A stretch of 63,998 bases of DNA, filler included, from an uncultured bacterium (GCA_964637655.1; 15 parts of 15 records of this genome joined end to end with filler, not necessarily neighbours in it), one strand, 5' to 3'. Counted from the whole stretch's first letter, positions 53,061 to 63,383 are shown. Translations and numbers: made by a program. The notes: generated by a model not told the origin, from the letters alone.

Positions 53061-53165
53061 AAAAANNNNNNNNNNNNNNNNNNNNNNNNNNNNNNNNNNN
53101 NNNNNNNNNTTAATTAATTAANNNNNNNNNNNNNNNNNNNNNNNNNNNNNNNNNNNNNNNNNNNN

Positions 53166-54545
53166 CTGCCCGGCCCAGATAAGCGGGAACACCCGGGCAT
53201 TGCGGTTCTCCCCGTCATGCTGGCGGAACGGCGGGCAGAAAACCGGCTGCCCGCTGCAAAGCGGCGGCAGTGAAAACCCCCGTTGCCACAGCGGCCGGTT
53301 CACCAGCATCAGGTCCGTGCCCAGTGCCAGAACGGCACATGCCGCCAACCATTGTCCCCACGGCCGGCAGGAAAGGCGCGTCAGCGTCAGGGCCGTCCCC
53401 AGTCCGCAGCCGAGACAAAGCAGAAAGACGATGCGGAATGAGCCCCGCAGGCTCGAAAACGGCGGGAACCAGTTCAGGATTCGCCAACCGATCCCCAGCA
53501 GCGTGTGGCTGCTGCCGAGAAAGACCAGCAGTCCGGCCGCGGCCAGGGTCAGGCACAACCAGCGGCGACGGGCCCGCAGCAGGGCTGGCAGCGTCAGGAG
53601 CAGGGGCGCAACGCCCATGTACAGGTACATCTCGAGATGTTCGTCGAACAGCGGCTGCATCCAGAGGAATGTTTCCGTGGAGCGATAGCAGAGCCAGCGC
53701 TGCAGCAGCAGAGCGAGCGGAAACTGGTTGGAAACGGCCGCAGCCGCGCGCGGGTAATACTGCAGAAAATGGAGAATCGGCACAAGGCGCGGCGCGGCGA
53801 ACCCGAGCGCAAAGAGGGCAAACCAGAGGTAGCCGGTCTGCAGATACCAGCCGTCGTGGCGACGGCGCAGCAGTGAACCTGCCATCAGCAGCGTCAGTGC
53901 CAGGCTCACGAACGCATACAGGTACGGGGCGCCCTCATAGAGCAGCAGTGCGTGGCAGAAGCCGGCGAGGGCGGTCCGATAATTGCAGCCGCGGCGCGGC
54001 ATCGCCAGGAAGAAGAGAAACACATACGGCACCCACCCCATCGCCAGCTGGTCGTAGCTGGCGCGAGCCAGGGGCTCGGCATAGGCGCCGGAAAGCATGT
54101 AGACCAGCGCGGCGGCAATCGCCGGTATGCGGGCCGCCCCCAACCGCCGGGCCAGCAGGAACGTCCCGACCAGCCCGAGATAGCAGTACGCGGCGATCTT
54201 CAGTTTGTAGCCGCGTACCGGACCGAACAGCAGGTCGGCAATGACCCCGGGCGAAAGAATCGTCGCGTACGGGTGGCCGAATTCATAGTACCCGCCACAC
54301 ACAAACGGAGACCAAAGCGGAAACTGGGCAAACTGTGTCGTAGTGAGCCAGGGGCTGATCTGCTGCGGGGTGCGGAAATCCCAGTCGGCTGCCGGGCTCC
54401 AGCGATCCGCAAGCCCGACCAGCGGCATGGTGTAAAATACGGTCAGCAGCGGAAACAGGCAGCCGATGATCAGGAATCCTGCTCCGCCCCGTCGTCGCAA
54501 CATGGTGGGTCCTGCCATTCCGGCCGTGCTGGGCTTGTTTTCCAC
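53166..54545 (-). CDS. Multi-TM YfhO/GT-C-like membrane protein, 3'-truncated
   Basis: DWD, FPLWSPFVCGGY..FGHP, AALVYMLSG, YLYMG, FSSLR; start uncertain. Confidence 0.7.
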
Positions 54546-54574
54546 GGGACAACGCGTTCCTGCGGACGGGGGGC

Positions 54575-54657
54575 ATTATACCCGCCGGGAACGATCGTTG
54601 TCAACGCCGCCCGCCGGCAGACAACGCGTTGACGCTTGCGGACAGCGGTGTTATAGT
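54575..54657. promoter_or_regulatory. Divergent sigma70-type promoters
   Basis: Minus strand TTGACA-18-TATAAT (54575-54604); plus strand TTGACG-17-TATAGT (54629-54657). Confidence 0.7.
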
Positions 54658-54748
54658 CACGAGTTGGGGGACACTTTCCCGCAGCGGCATGCGGTCCGCA
54701 CGCGGACTGGATTCCTCAGCACTTCCACGGACAGCGGACGGATGCCAT

Positions 54749-55738
54749 ATGTCAGTGATACGCTTGGGAATGATCGGTGCCGGACTGACTGCCCGCTGGC
54801 ACCTGCGCGCCTACCGCCGCATTGCTGGCGTGCGGGTTGTTGCCATCGCCAATCCCCGTTCGCCGCGCGGGGCAGGCCTCGCGCGCTCATTCGGCATCCC
54901 GGAACACTATGCCTCGGGTGCGGAACTCATCGCCCGCGCCCCGATAGACGCCGTCGACATCTGTGCCCCAACCGGTGAACATGCCCCGCTGCTCAGGGCC
55001 GCGCTCGACCGCGGCCTGCACGTGTACGTTGAGAAACCGCTCTGCGCCACCGCGGCGGACGCAGCCGAGGTCATCAGCCGCAACCGCCAGGCACAACGCG
55101 TAATCTTCAACGGGTTCAATTACCGCTATCTGCCGGAATTTATTCGCCTGCAGCGGCTGCTCGCCGGCGGACGTTTGGGAGAGATCCGCTACGTACGCCT
55201 GTTCCGCACGACGATGGAGCCACCCGGATCCGGACTGCTGACCGATCCCGCCCTCGACCTGTTCCGGGAATTCCACTGTCACTTCATCGACCTGCTCTTC
55301 TCCTTCGGCCTGGGCGAACCGGCGGCCGTGGCCGCCGACGGCGTGTGCGTGCATGACTGGCTCCCATCCCCTGACACCGCGACTGTCACGCTCCGTTATC
55401 CGTCCGGCGCACTGGCAGAGCTGACCGTATCGGTAGCCGCGCCGGGGCTGACCCCTGAACTCACTGTCATCGGCACGAAGGGAACCGCGACCCTGCGTTA
55501 CGGCCGGGTCCGTGTCGTGCCGCACCGGCGCGAATGGTCGCTGCTGCGCCGTCTCCGGCTGCTGGCAGACGAGGCCTTCACCCTGCCTTGGCGGGTTTTG
55601 CGCAACCCGTTTCTCCCCGCCTGCCGTCACTTCTGCTCCTGCGTGGCCGCGGGGCGGCCGTCACCATGCGACGAACATGCTGCCTGGCGCGTCCTGCGCA
55701 TTGCCGAGACAGCAGCCGCGGGCAGGCGGATCTCATGA
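54749..55738 (+). CDS. Gfo/Idh/MocA-family oxidoreductase
   Basis: LGMIGAG, DAVDICAP...H, HVYVEKP, GFNYRY, HFID. Confidence 0.9.
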   Translation: MSVIRLGMIGAGLTARWHLRAYRRIAGVRVVAIANPRSPRGAGLARSFGIPEHYASGAELIARAPIDAVDICAPTGEHAPLLRAALDRGLHVYVEKPLCATAADAAEVISRNRQAQRVIFNGFNYRYLPEFIRLQRLLAGGRLGEIRYVRLFRTTMEPPGSGLLTDPALDLFREFHCHFIDLLFSFGLGEPAAVAADGVCVHDWLPSPDTATVTLRYPSGALAELTVSVAAPGLTPELTVIGTKGTATLRYGRVRVVPHRREWSLLRRLRLLADEAFTLPWRVLRNPFLPACRHFCSCVAAGRPSPCDEHAAWRVLRIAETAAAGRRIS

Positions 55739-57326
55739 ACGTCCTGCTGGTCAATTCGTTCCCCACCACCTTCGATGCAGGGGTCTGCGTCGATCCCGTG
55801 CTGCCCCGGCACAGCGGCCAGCTGAACAAGAGCGGTGTTTTCTTTCCGCTCGGGCTCTGTTCCCTGGCCGCCTATCTCCGCCAACAAGGACACGGGGTCA
55901 CGGTCATCGATCCGCAACCGGAACGGCGTACGCCGGCCGCAATTCACCGGGCCGCACAGGCAGCCGACTGCCTGGTGCTCCCCTGGGGAGCGGCAGCCAG
56001 CGCGGCCACGACCGATTTCCTTGCCGCCTTCCCCGGCAAACTGCGCATCCTGTTCGGCAATCTTGCCGTGTATCAGGCCGAACACCTGTTGCGGCAGCGG
56101 CTGGCTGAGGCAATCGTCGGCGGCGAGCCGGAAATCCCGGTAGCGGAGACGATTGCCCGTTTCCCGTCGCTGGACGGGGTGCCAGGGATCATCTGGCTGA
56201 ACGGCCGCACGCTGCAGCACAATCCGCCGCCACCGCTCATCGCCAATCTCGACGCACTCCCGTTTCCCGCCCGCGACCTGGTCGATCAGCACCGCTACTA
56301 CGACATCGTCTTTGCCGGACGCGCGACCGCCTCGCTTATCTCCAGCCGCGGCTGCCCGTGGCAGTGCGCGTTCTGCGCCAAGCACCTTGCAACCGGCCGC
56401 ACCATCCGCTACCGCAGTGCCGGCAGCGTCGCTGACGAGATTGAAGCGATTATCCGCAGCGGCATCCGTTCCCTGGTCTTCTGGGATGACAATTTCAACA
56501 GCCGCGAGGAGCACGCCCAGGCCGTCTGTGAAGAAATCATCCGCCGGCGCCTCCGGATTGAATGGTCCGTTTCCATGCGGGTCGACCGGGTTTCCGCCCC
56601 CCTTCTGGCGCTGATGAAAGCCGCCGGTTGCGTCGAGATCCGCTACGGAATTGAAACCTACAACAACGACCTGCTCCAGCGCCTGCAGAAAGACCTCACG
56701 GTTGCCGCGATCGATCGCGGCCTGGCACTCACCCGTGCGGCCGCCATTCCCTATTCGCTCTTTGTCATCTTCGGTATCCCCGGCGAGACCTGCGCAACCA
56801 TCGCCACCACGGAACGTTTCCTGCGGCGGGCCCACCCCCTTTTCATCTCCTGCAGTTTTGTCACGCCGATGCCCGGTTCGCCGCTGTTCGACGAATTCCG
56901 TGACCGGGTCGCCCCGGAAGCACTGCAGTCCTTCGACCTCTCCCACACCAGCGTTTCCCTCTGTGACATCCCCCTCGATGAATTGCGGGTGATCGTCGCC
57001 GGCATTTTCCGTGCCCATTATTTCAGCCCGGCGTTCTGGCGGCAGATCGCCGCCTGGCTGTGCCGGCGTCCAGGCAACCTCTGGTCACTGGCCTGCCGGT
57101 TCGGCCACGACTTGCTTGACGGCCGCGGCGGCATCTTCGGGCGGCATTCGACCGTCATCTCTTACCTGTCCGGCTGGCGCAACACCCCCGACGTCCCTCC
57201 CCCCCCCGTACCGTCGGTGTTGGGGTTCAATCCGCCCGGCCGGACCGGGGTGCGGGGCGAATTGCGCTGCGAGCGGGCGGGCGGGGGCGCGGAGATGCCC
57301 GGGGCCGGCTCCCTACCGCACCGGAT
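55735..57326 (+). CDS. B12-binding radical SAM protein; frame runs into the contig end
   Basis: PLGLCSLAAYL, GEPE, SRGCPWQCAFC (CxxxCxxC), WDDNF, GIET, FGIPGET; ATGA-coupled. Confidence 0.9.
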
Positions 57327-57426
57327 NNNNNNNNNNNNNNNNNNNNNNNNNNNNNNNNNNNNNNNNNNNNTTAATTAATTAANNNNNNNNNNNNNNNNNN
57401 NNNNNNNNNNNNNNNNNNNNNNNNNN

Positions 57427-57839
57427 CGCAGCAGTTTGTCGAGGGGACGCTGGAGGACAGCGGCACGCTGGTCTGGCTGTACGATGAGTTCGGGGTGGTC
57501 GACAGTACCTACATCGGCACAGCCGACGGCAGGTTCGCGTTTACCGGGGTACTCACCGGCACCTACTACCTGTTCATCGAGGGCCCTGACCGGACCCTGG
57601 ACATACGCGTCGACGGGGTCAGTGTCGGCAGCAGCAATGTCGAACTCGGCACGCTGACGGCAGTGCCGGCCGGCGACGTTGTTATCGACGGGCGCATCAA
57701 CATCCTCGACGCGTCGTACGTCCGCTCCCGCCTCGGCAGTAACGATCCTCGCGCCGACCTCAACCACGACGGCATCGTCAATGCCGCCGACCTCGTCTAC
57801 CTCTACAGTAATTTCGGCCGCCGCCACGCCACCCCGTAG
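57427..57839 (+). CDS. C-terminus of a secreted protein: beta-sandwich plus dockerin-type domain
   Basis: DGRFAFTGV..GTY.L, then GDVVIDGRINILD...ADLNHDGIVNAADL..NFG. Confidence 0.75.
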
Positions 57840-57866
57840 GGTGCCATTCTTTCACAGTTTCACAGT
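57840..57866 (+). repeat. 27-bp inverted repeat, left copy
   Basis: GGTGCCATTCTTTCACAGTTTCACAGT, starting at the base after the dockerin gene stop. Confidence 0.93.
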
Positions 57867-57890
57867 TGGGGAAGATTGAATCGATTCAGG

Positions 57891-58760
57891 CTATAAACCC
57901 CGCAGAAACCAGGGACGCAGTCGCTGTCTGCCGCTGAGTGCTGCATCCAGTTGCGCAAGCAGTGTGTTTTTGTCCGTGGGAAGCCGCCCTGCCAGTGACA
58001 GAAAATTCGAGGCATGATCACAGCGGAAGACCGTGCGCCGCAGTTCCAGCCCGGCAAGAATTTCGCGCGCCTCGCGCAGCATCCCCATGGCATCGAGTTC
58101 GCGGAAGGTGCTGCGCGCGGCCTCCTCTGCCAGCGGGGTATCCGGGATGAGCATCAGCGAGAGGAAGGAAAGGTAATGCGGCTGCATGGCGTTAAGCGCG
58201 GTGATGGTTTCGCGCACGTGTTCCGCTGAATGTTCCTGCCCGCCCAGGCCGAGGAGCACGATAACCGACGACCTGATGCCCGCTGCCGCGGCGCGCTGCA
58301 CGGCCTCGACCATCTGCGCAACAGTAGCGCGCTTGCGCCGTGCGTCAAGCAGCGCCTGCGATCCGCTCTCCAGTCCGATGTAGACGAGCGTCAGCTTTCG
58401 CGCGGCGAGCGCCTGCAGTTCGCCGTCGCAGCGTGCGGTTATGGTGTCGCCGTTGGCGTAGGAGGCGATGCGCGACAGGCGCGGGAACGCCGCCTGCAGT
58501 TCGTCGAGCACGGGGATGAGCTTGTCGTTGCCGAGCACCAGGGCATCGCCATCCAGCAGAAAAACGCGCCGCGCCGCGGGCCATGCTGCCGCCGCCTCGC
58601 GGATATCCTGCCGGATGACTGCAAAGGGCAGGATGCGGAAGGGCTTGTCCGTGTAGGCGCCGCAGAAGGTGCAGGTGTTGGCGGAGCAGCCGGTAGTGAC
58701 CTGCAGCAGCAGGCTGTCGGCTTCCGCGGGAGGTCTGATAATCGGTTCGATCAGCGGCAT
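57891..58760 (-). CDS. Radical SAM protein (stand-alone, Cx4Cx2C type)
   Basis: IIRPPAEADSLLLQVTTGCSANTCTFC, FLLDGDAL, YIGLESG, FRCDHASN. Confidence 0.92.
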   Translation of the reverse strand: MPLIEPIIRPPAEADSLLLQVTTGCSANTCTFCGAYTDKPFRILPFAVIRQDIREAAAAWPAARRVFLLDGDALVLGNDKLIPVLDELQAAFPRLSRIASYANGDTITARCDGELQALAARKLTLVYIGLESGSQALLDARRKRATVAQMVEAVQRAAAAGIRSSVIVLLGLGGQEHSAEHVRETITALNAMQPHYLSFLSLMLIPDTPLAEEAARSTFRELDAMGMLREAREILAGLELRRTVFRCDHASNFLSLAGRLPTDKNTLLAQLDAALSGRQRLRPWFLRGL

Positions 58761-58780
58761 AATTCACCCGAAGTTCGCAT

Positions 58781-58807
58781 ACTGTGAAACTGTGAAAGAA
58801 TGGCACC
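58781..58807 (-). repeat. 27-bp inverted repeat, right copy
   Basis: ACTGTGAAACTGTGAAAGAATGGCACC is the exact reverse complement of 57840-57866. Confidence 0.93.
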
Positions 58808-58882
58808 TTCTGTATCATAGCATATTGACGGCGACGGCGGGGAGGTGGTAGGATGCGCCATCATCAGGCAAGGAGAAGAGCC

Positions 58883-59349
58883 ATGTCGTGCCCGTGCGGA
58901 AGCCAGAAGGAGTTTACAGCCTGCTGCGAGCCCTACATCGAGGGGCGGGAAAACGCGCCCACCCCGGAAGCGCTGATGCGCTCGCGCTACACCGCGTTTG
59001 CCACCGCGCGCATTCCCTACCTCAAGGCGACGATGGCGCCGGAGAAGCAGAAAGAGTTCGACGAGCACAATGCGCGGCAGTGGGCGACCGGCTCCGCCTG
59101 GCTCGGCCTGCACATCATCGCGGCGAAGGAGAANNNNNNNNNNNNNNNNNNCATCACGAGCGCGCCAAGTTCCGCAAAGAGGATGGCAAGTGGTATTTCG
59201 TCGACGGCTACAATCCCGACAAGCAGAAAGAGCAGAAGGAAACCCCGAAGGTGAAGACCTTCGTGCGCACGGAGCAGAAGGTCGGGCGCAACGAACCCTG
59301 CCCGTGCAACAGCGGCAAGAAATTCAAACACTGCTGCGCGAACAAATGA
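58883..59349 (+). CDS. YchJ-family SEC-C protein, with internal scaffold gap at 59134-59151
   Basis: CPCGS...[25 protein letters not shown]...[24 protein letters not shown]. Confidence 0.92.
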
Positions 59350-59834
59350 GTTTTGCCTCTGTGCTGCTCGTCTGCGCCGCGCTCGCGGCGCCGGACAGCG
59401 GGGCAGTTGCGGCGGAGACCGCGGTGGTGACGGCGGCCGCGGAAACGTCAGTTCTTACCGAAACGGACATGCGCCGGGCGCTCGGCGAAGAATGCCTGCA
59501 GCGCGGCATCGCTGCGGTCAACGCGCAGCGTTATGTTGCCGCTATCCTCGCCTTCCGTGAAGCCGCCATGCACCTGCCGGACAATCCGCAGGTGCTTTTC
59601 AATCTCGCCACCGCCTACTATCTGAACAATGATCTTGCCAATGCCGAGGCGCAGTACCTCGCGGTGACCCGCCTGCGCCCGGAGGATGCCGAGGCGCTGA
59701 CGTATCTGGGTATCACGCGCGCCCTGCAGGGAAAACGTCGCGCCGCTCTTGCCGACTGGCGCCGCGCGCTGGAACTTGATCCGCACAACGAACTGGCACA
59801 GCAGCAGTTGTCGGCATACGACCGCAGACGTTGA
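59346..59834 (+). CDS. Secreted TPR protein
   Basis: Signal-like N-terminus; three TPRs such as [11 protein letters not shown] and ALELDP; ATGA-coupled. Confidence 0.85.
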   Translation: MSFASVLLVCAALAAPDSGAVAAETAVVTAAAETSVLTETDMRRALGEECLQRGIAAVNAQRYVAAILAFREAAMHLPDNPQVLFNLATAYYLNNDLANAEAQYLAVTRLRPEDAEALTYLGITRALQGKRRAALADWRRALELDPHNELAQQQLSAYDRRR

Positions 59835-59937
59835 ACAGCGTGCACAACATTGTGAAAGTTGACAAAGCCGACCATAATAACTTATGGTGGCGGCGGGAAA
59901 AGACAAGACCATCCTGACCGGATGGCGGGGGGGAAAC

Positions 59938-60912
59938 ATGCAGCGTACACTTTGTGTTCTGGCCGGATTGTCGGTGGTGTTGATGCTGGTGCAGGGGTGC
60001 GCCTGCCAGCGCGAAACGGTCTATGTGCAGTCGCCGCCGGTGGAGACCGTGCGCGAAACCGTCGTGGAGCGCCCGGTCTACATCTGTGAACGCGATTACA
60101 GTATTCCCATCAATGCCGAAATGCTGCAGAAGACCGCGCTGGAGGCGGCGCAGCTGGTGGCGGCTTCGCCGGCGCTGGCCCAGGCGAATAATGTTGCGGT
60201 TGCCTCGCTCGAACGCATCGACATTCGCGATGTTCCCGTGCAGGCAAAGGTCGAAGACGCGCTGCTCGAGGCGCTCGACATTGCCGGCATCCGCACGCTC
60301 GAACGCGATCCTGACGTGATGCTGCGCCTGGTCTTCCAGGAAGGAACGCCGACGATCGAGCGCCTGCTGCTGCCGCACGAGACGGTTTCCCACGATGCGA
60401 TCAGGGATTACTTCTGGCTCGAGGGGATCGACAGCCCGGCGGTCGTGCGTCGTCGCGACGGGACGGTCGAAACCGAGCGCGTGCCGCGCCCGGGGCATGA
60501 GCTGCTCGACGCGCACACCTTCGATTACGACCAGCCGCTGCATGTTCTCGATCCGCGCACCGAAGGCGTGCTCAAGGCGCGCCTGGCGACGGCGGATTAT
60601 CTCGTCGGCTACCGCGTGCTCGAGCACGGGCTGCAGTACCGCGACACGAACAAGACGGTGGGCAGTGAGCGGGTGGTCAAGCGCCATGCTCTGACCCGCC
60701 TGCATGTGCGCATTGTCAATGCCAAGACCGGGGCCGTGGTCTGGGCGCGCACGGTTGAGGGTGTGGAAAACGACGAAATTCCGGTTTCGATGCGCGGTTT
60801 TGTCGAGAGCCCCGGCCGTCGCGATTACGCGCCCAGCTATCCGATGCAGGGGAGTTTCGGACAGCAGGCGACGACTGCCGCGCCGGCGGTGCGGGGGCTG
60901 GTCGGCCGGTAG
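59938..60912 (+). CDS. Putative lipoprotein with CsgG/LpoB-like motifs
   Basis: Lipobox-like VQGC; LERD, ADYLVGY and VRIVNAKTGAVVWA. Confidence 0.65.
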   Translation: MQRTLCVLAGLSVVLMLVQGCACQRETVYVQSPPVETVRETVVERPVYICERDYSIPINAEMLQKTALEAAQLVAASPALAQANNVAVASLERIDIRDVPVQAKVEDALLEALDIAGIRTLERDPDVMLRLVFQEGTPTIERLLLPHETVSHDAIRDYFWLEGIDSPAVVRRRDGTVETERVPRPGHELLDAHTFDYDQPLHVLDPRTEGVLKARLATADYLVGYRVLEHGLQYRDTNKTVGSERVVKRHALTRLHVRIVNAKTGAVVWARTVEGVENDEIPVSMRGFVESPGRRDYAPSYPMQGSFGQQATTAAPAVRGLVGR

Positions 60913-60933
60913 CCCGCGTCCGCCGCGCCTGTC

Positions 60934-61581
60934 ATGCGTACGCTGCTGCTGCTTGTGCTGCTGGTTGCGGCTCCGGCAGCGGGGGCGGAACTGACCGGGC
61001 GCGACCTGCTGCTGGCGCTCGCGGCTGCGCGCAGCGGCCGCACCGTCGAGGCGCGGCAGGCGCTCGAAGAAATCGCCACCGCCGCCGCTGAGCCGGAAAT
61101 TGCCGCGGCGGCACTGATCAATCTCGCGCTGCTCTGCGAGCGCGCCGGCGACACCGCCGGGCGCGATGCGTACTGCCGTTCCTTCCTGCAGCGTTTTCCT
61201 GAATCTCTCATGGCGGCCGATGCCGTGCAGCTGCTGGGGCGTCCGCTCCCCCTGCCTGACACGGTGCCGGCCGCGCCTCCGGCTGCGGAACTGCCGCCGC
61301 AAGTGCCTGCCGATACAGTGCCCGAAGCGCCGGTGACGGATATTACCCCGCCGCTGCCGCCCGCGCCGGCGCTACCTGCTGTCGCGGCGGTGCTGCCGCC
61401 CGCTGACATCGTGAGCACGACTGCTGATACGCTTCCGGCCACGGTCATTACGGTGGTGGAACAGGCGCCGCGCTGGGAGGACGATACCGCCGCCTTGCAG
61501 ATGTTTGCCGAGATGGCGATGCGCGACCGTAACTTTTCCCTCGCCGTCAACCGCTATCATCGCCTGCTCGACGTCACCCCA
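60934..61581 (+). CDS. Secreted TPR/Pro-rich protein, 3'-truncated
   Basis: Signal peptide, TPR-like helices (FLQRFPES), Pro-Ala linker. Confidence 0.6.
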
Positions 61582-61681
61582 NNNNNNNNNNNNNNNNNNN
61601 NNNNNNNNNNNNNNNNNNNNNNNNNTTAATTAATTAANNNNNNNNNNNNNNNNNNNNNNNNNNNNNNNNNNNNNNNNNNNN

Positions 61682-63382
61682 GGCTGTCGCGGGCTTGAAT
61701 GCGAGGAGCGTCGGCACATCATCGTCATCGGCGGGCGCACCGCAGGGCCCAAGGCGGCGGCCAAGGCGCTGCGCCTCGATCCCGACGCGGAGATCACCGT
61801 CATCGAGCGCGAGCGCACCCTCTCCTACGCCGGGTGCGGGCTCCCTTACTACCTCTCGGGGCTGGTCACCGACCCGCGCGAACTGTCGACCACGCCCGAC
61901 GGCGACACGCGCGACCCCGACTTCTTCCGCCGCGTCAAGGGGATTGCCGTCTACAACCGCACCGAATGCACCGCCATCGACCGCGCCAGGAAAGAGGTCG
62001 GGGTCAGGTTCCTCAAGTCGGGCGAGACGAAGACGCTGCCGTACGACCGGCTCATCCTCGCCACCGGCGGGCGCCCGCTCCTCCCCCCCATCGAGGGGCT
62101 GACACTGAAGGGCGTCTATACGCTCAACCGCATCGAGGATGCGCGCGGCCTGCGCGACGCGCTCAAGCGCCTCCCCGCGCGCGACGCGGTCATCGTCGGG
62201 GGCGGGCTGCTCGGCATGGAGTGCGCCGAAGCGGTGGTCGCCTGCGGGGTGCGCGTCACCATCGTCGAGGCGCGCGACCACGTGCTGACCATGCTTGACC
62301 CGGAACTGTCGCTGCTCGTCGCGCAGGAGTACGCGCGGCACGGGGTGCGCATGGTCACCGGCGAGCGGGTCATCCGTCTCACCGGGCAGGACGGGCAGGT
62401 CACCGGGGTGATGACCACCGACCGCACCCTCCCCGCCGACCTCGTTATCTTCGGCACCGGGGTGATGCCCGAAACCACGCTGGCCCGCGCCGCGGGGCTC
62501 GCCATCGGGACCACCGGCGGCATCACGGTCAACGAGTGGCTGCAGACGAGCGACCCGGACATCTTCGCCACCGGCGACTGCGTCGAGAACACCGACATCA
62601 TCAGCGGGCGCCAGGTGCTGCTGCCGCTCGGTTCCGTCGCCAGCCGGCACGGGCGCGTCGCGGGGACCAACGCGGTCAAGCTGGCGGAGTCCTTCCCCGG
62701 CGTCGTCGGCACCATGGTGCTCAAGGGATTTGATTTCAATATCGGCTGTGCCGGGCTCAACGAGCACGAGGCGCGCACCGCGGGCTTTGCCCCGCTCACC
62801 GTCATCGTCGCCGGCTACGACCGCGAGCATTACTACCCGACCGCGCGGCAGCTGGTGCTCAAACTCGTCGCCGACGAGCCGACGGGGCGCCTGCTCGGCG
62901 TGCAGGCGGTGGGGGAGGGTGATATCAGCAAGCGCATCGATGTCGCCGCCACGCTGCTCGCCGCGAAAGGGGACGTGGACGCGCTGGCCAAGCTCGACCT
63001 CGGCTATGCACCCCCGTACTCGACGGCGATGGACATCCTCTGCACCGCGGCCAACGTTTTCAAGAACAAGCATTTCGGGCGCTTCCACGGTCTCTCGCCG
63101 CTGGCGCTGCAGGAACGCCTGCAGCAGCGCGAGGACCTGCTCATCGTCGACGTGCGCCACCCGGACGATTATGCCGCCGGGGCGATTCCGGGCGCCCTCT
63201 CGGTGCCGTTGCGCGCGCTGCGCGGACGCCTGCACGAGCTGCCACGCGACCGCGCCATTGTCCTCGTCTGCGCCACCGGGCTCAACAGCTACGAGGCGTC
63301 ACGCGTGCTCGATTCGCAGGGGTTCACCCGGGTGCAGGTGCTCGAGGGGGGGATGGCCGCCTGGCCGTTCGCCCGCGCCTGA
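61682..63382 (+). CDS. CoA-disulfide reductase/NADH oxidase family flavoprotein with C-terminal rhodanese, 5'-truncated
   Basis: IIVIGG.TAG, SYAGCGLPY (redox Cys), LILATG, VGGGLLG.E, ATGDC, YAPPYS; rhodanese DVR...CATGLNS. Confidence 0.93.
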   Translation, partial: GCRGLECEERRHIIVIGGRTAGPKAAAKALRLDPDAEITVIERERTLSYAGCGLPYYLSGLVTDPRELSTTPDGDTRDPDFFRRVKGIAVYNRTECTAIDRARKEVGVRFLKSGETKTLPYDRLILATGGRPLLPPIEGLTLKGVYTLNRIEDARGLRDALKRLPARDAVIVGGGLLGMECAEAVVACGVRVTIVEARDHVLTMLDPELSLLVAQEYARHGVRMVTGERVIRLTGQDGQVTGVMTTDRTLPADLVIFGTGVMPETTLARAAGLAIGTTGGITVNEWLQTSDPDIFATGDCVENTDIISGRQVLLPLGSVASRHGRVAGTNAVKLAESFPGVVGTMVLKGFDFNIGCAGLNEHEARTAGFAPLTVIVAGYDREHYYPTARQLVLKLVADEPTGRLLGVQAVGEGDISKRIDVAATLLAAKGDVDALAKLDLGYAPPYSTAMDILCTAANVFKNKHFGRFHGLSPLALQERLQQREDLLIVDVRHPDDYAAGAIPGALSVPLRALRGRLHELPRDRAIVLVCATGLNSYEASRVLDSQGFTRVQVLEGGMAAWPFARA

Positions 63383-63383
63383 G

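Noticed and set aside
58660-58700. Non-canonical Cx4Cx2C radical SAM motif as a novelty
   Set aside because: This spacing is usual in this RPP-E...GCSxNxCTFC family
57840-58807. The 27-bp or 21-bp repeats as a CRISPR array
   Set aside because: Copies are inverted and about 0.9 kb apart; no spacer periodicity and no cas genes
59134-59151. Frameshift in ychJ
   Set aside because: The frame change coincides with a scaffold gap of estimated length
4521-61681. Regularly spaced TTAATTAATTAA motifs as a biological repeat
   Set aside because: They are artificial linkers inside N runs; cross-linker gene adjacency, such as comEC next to R-M, was also ignored
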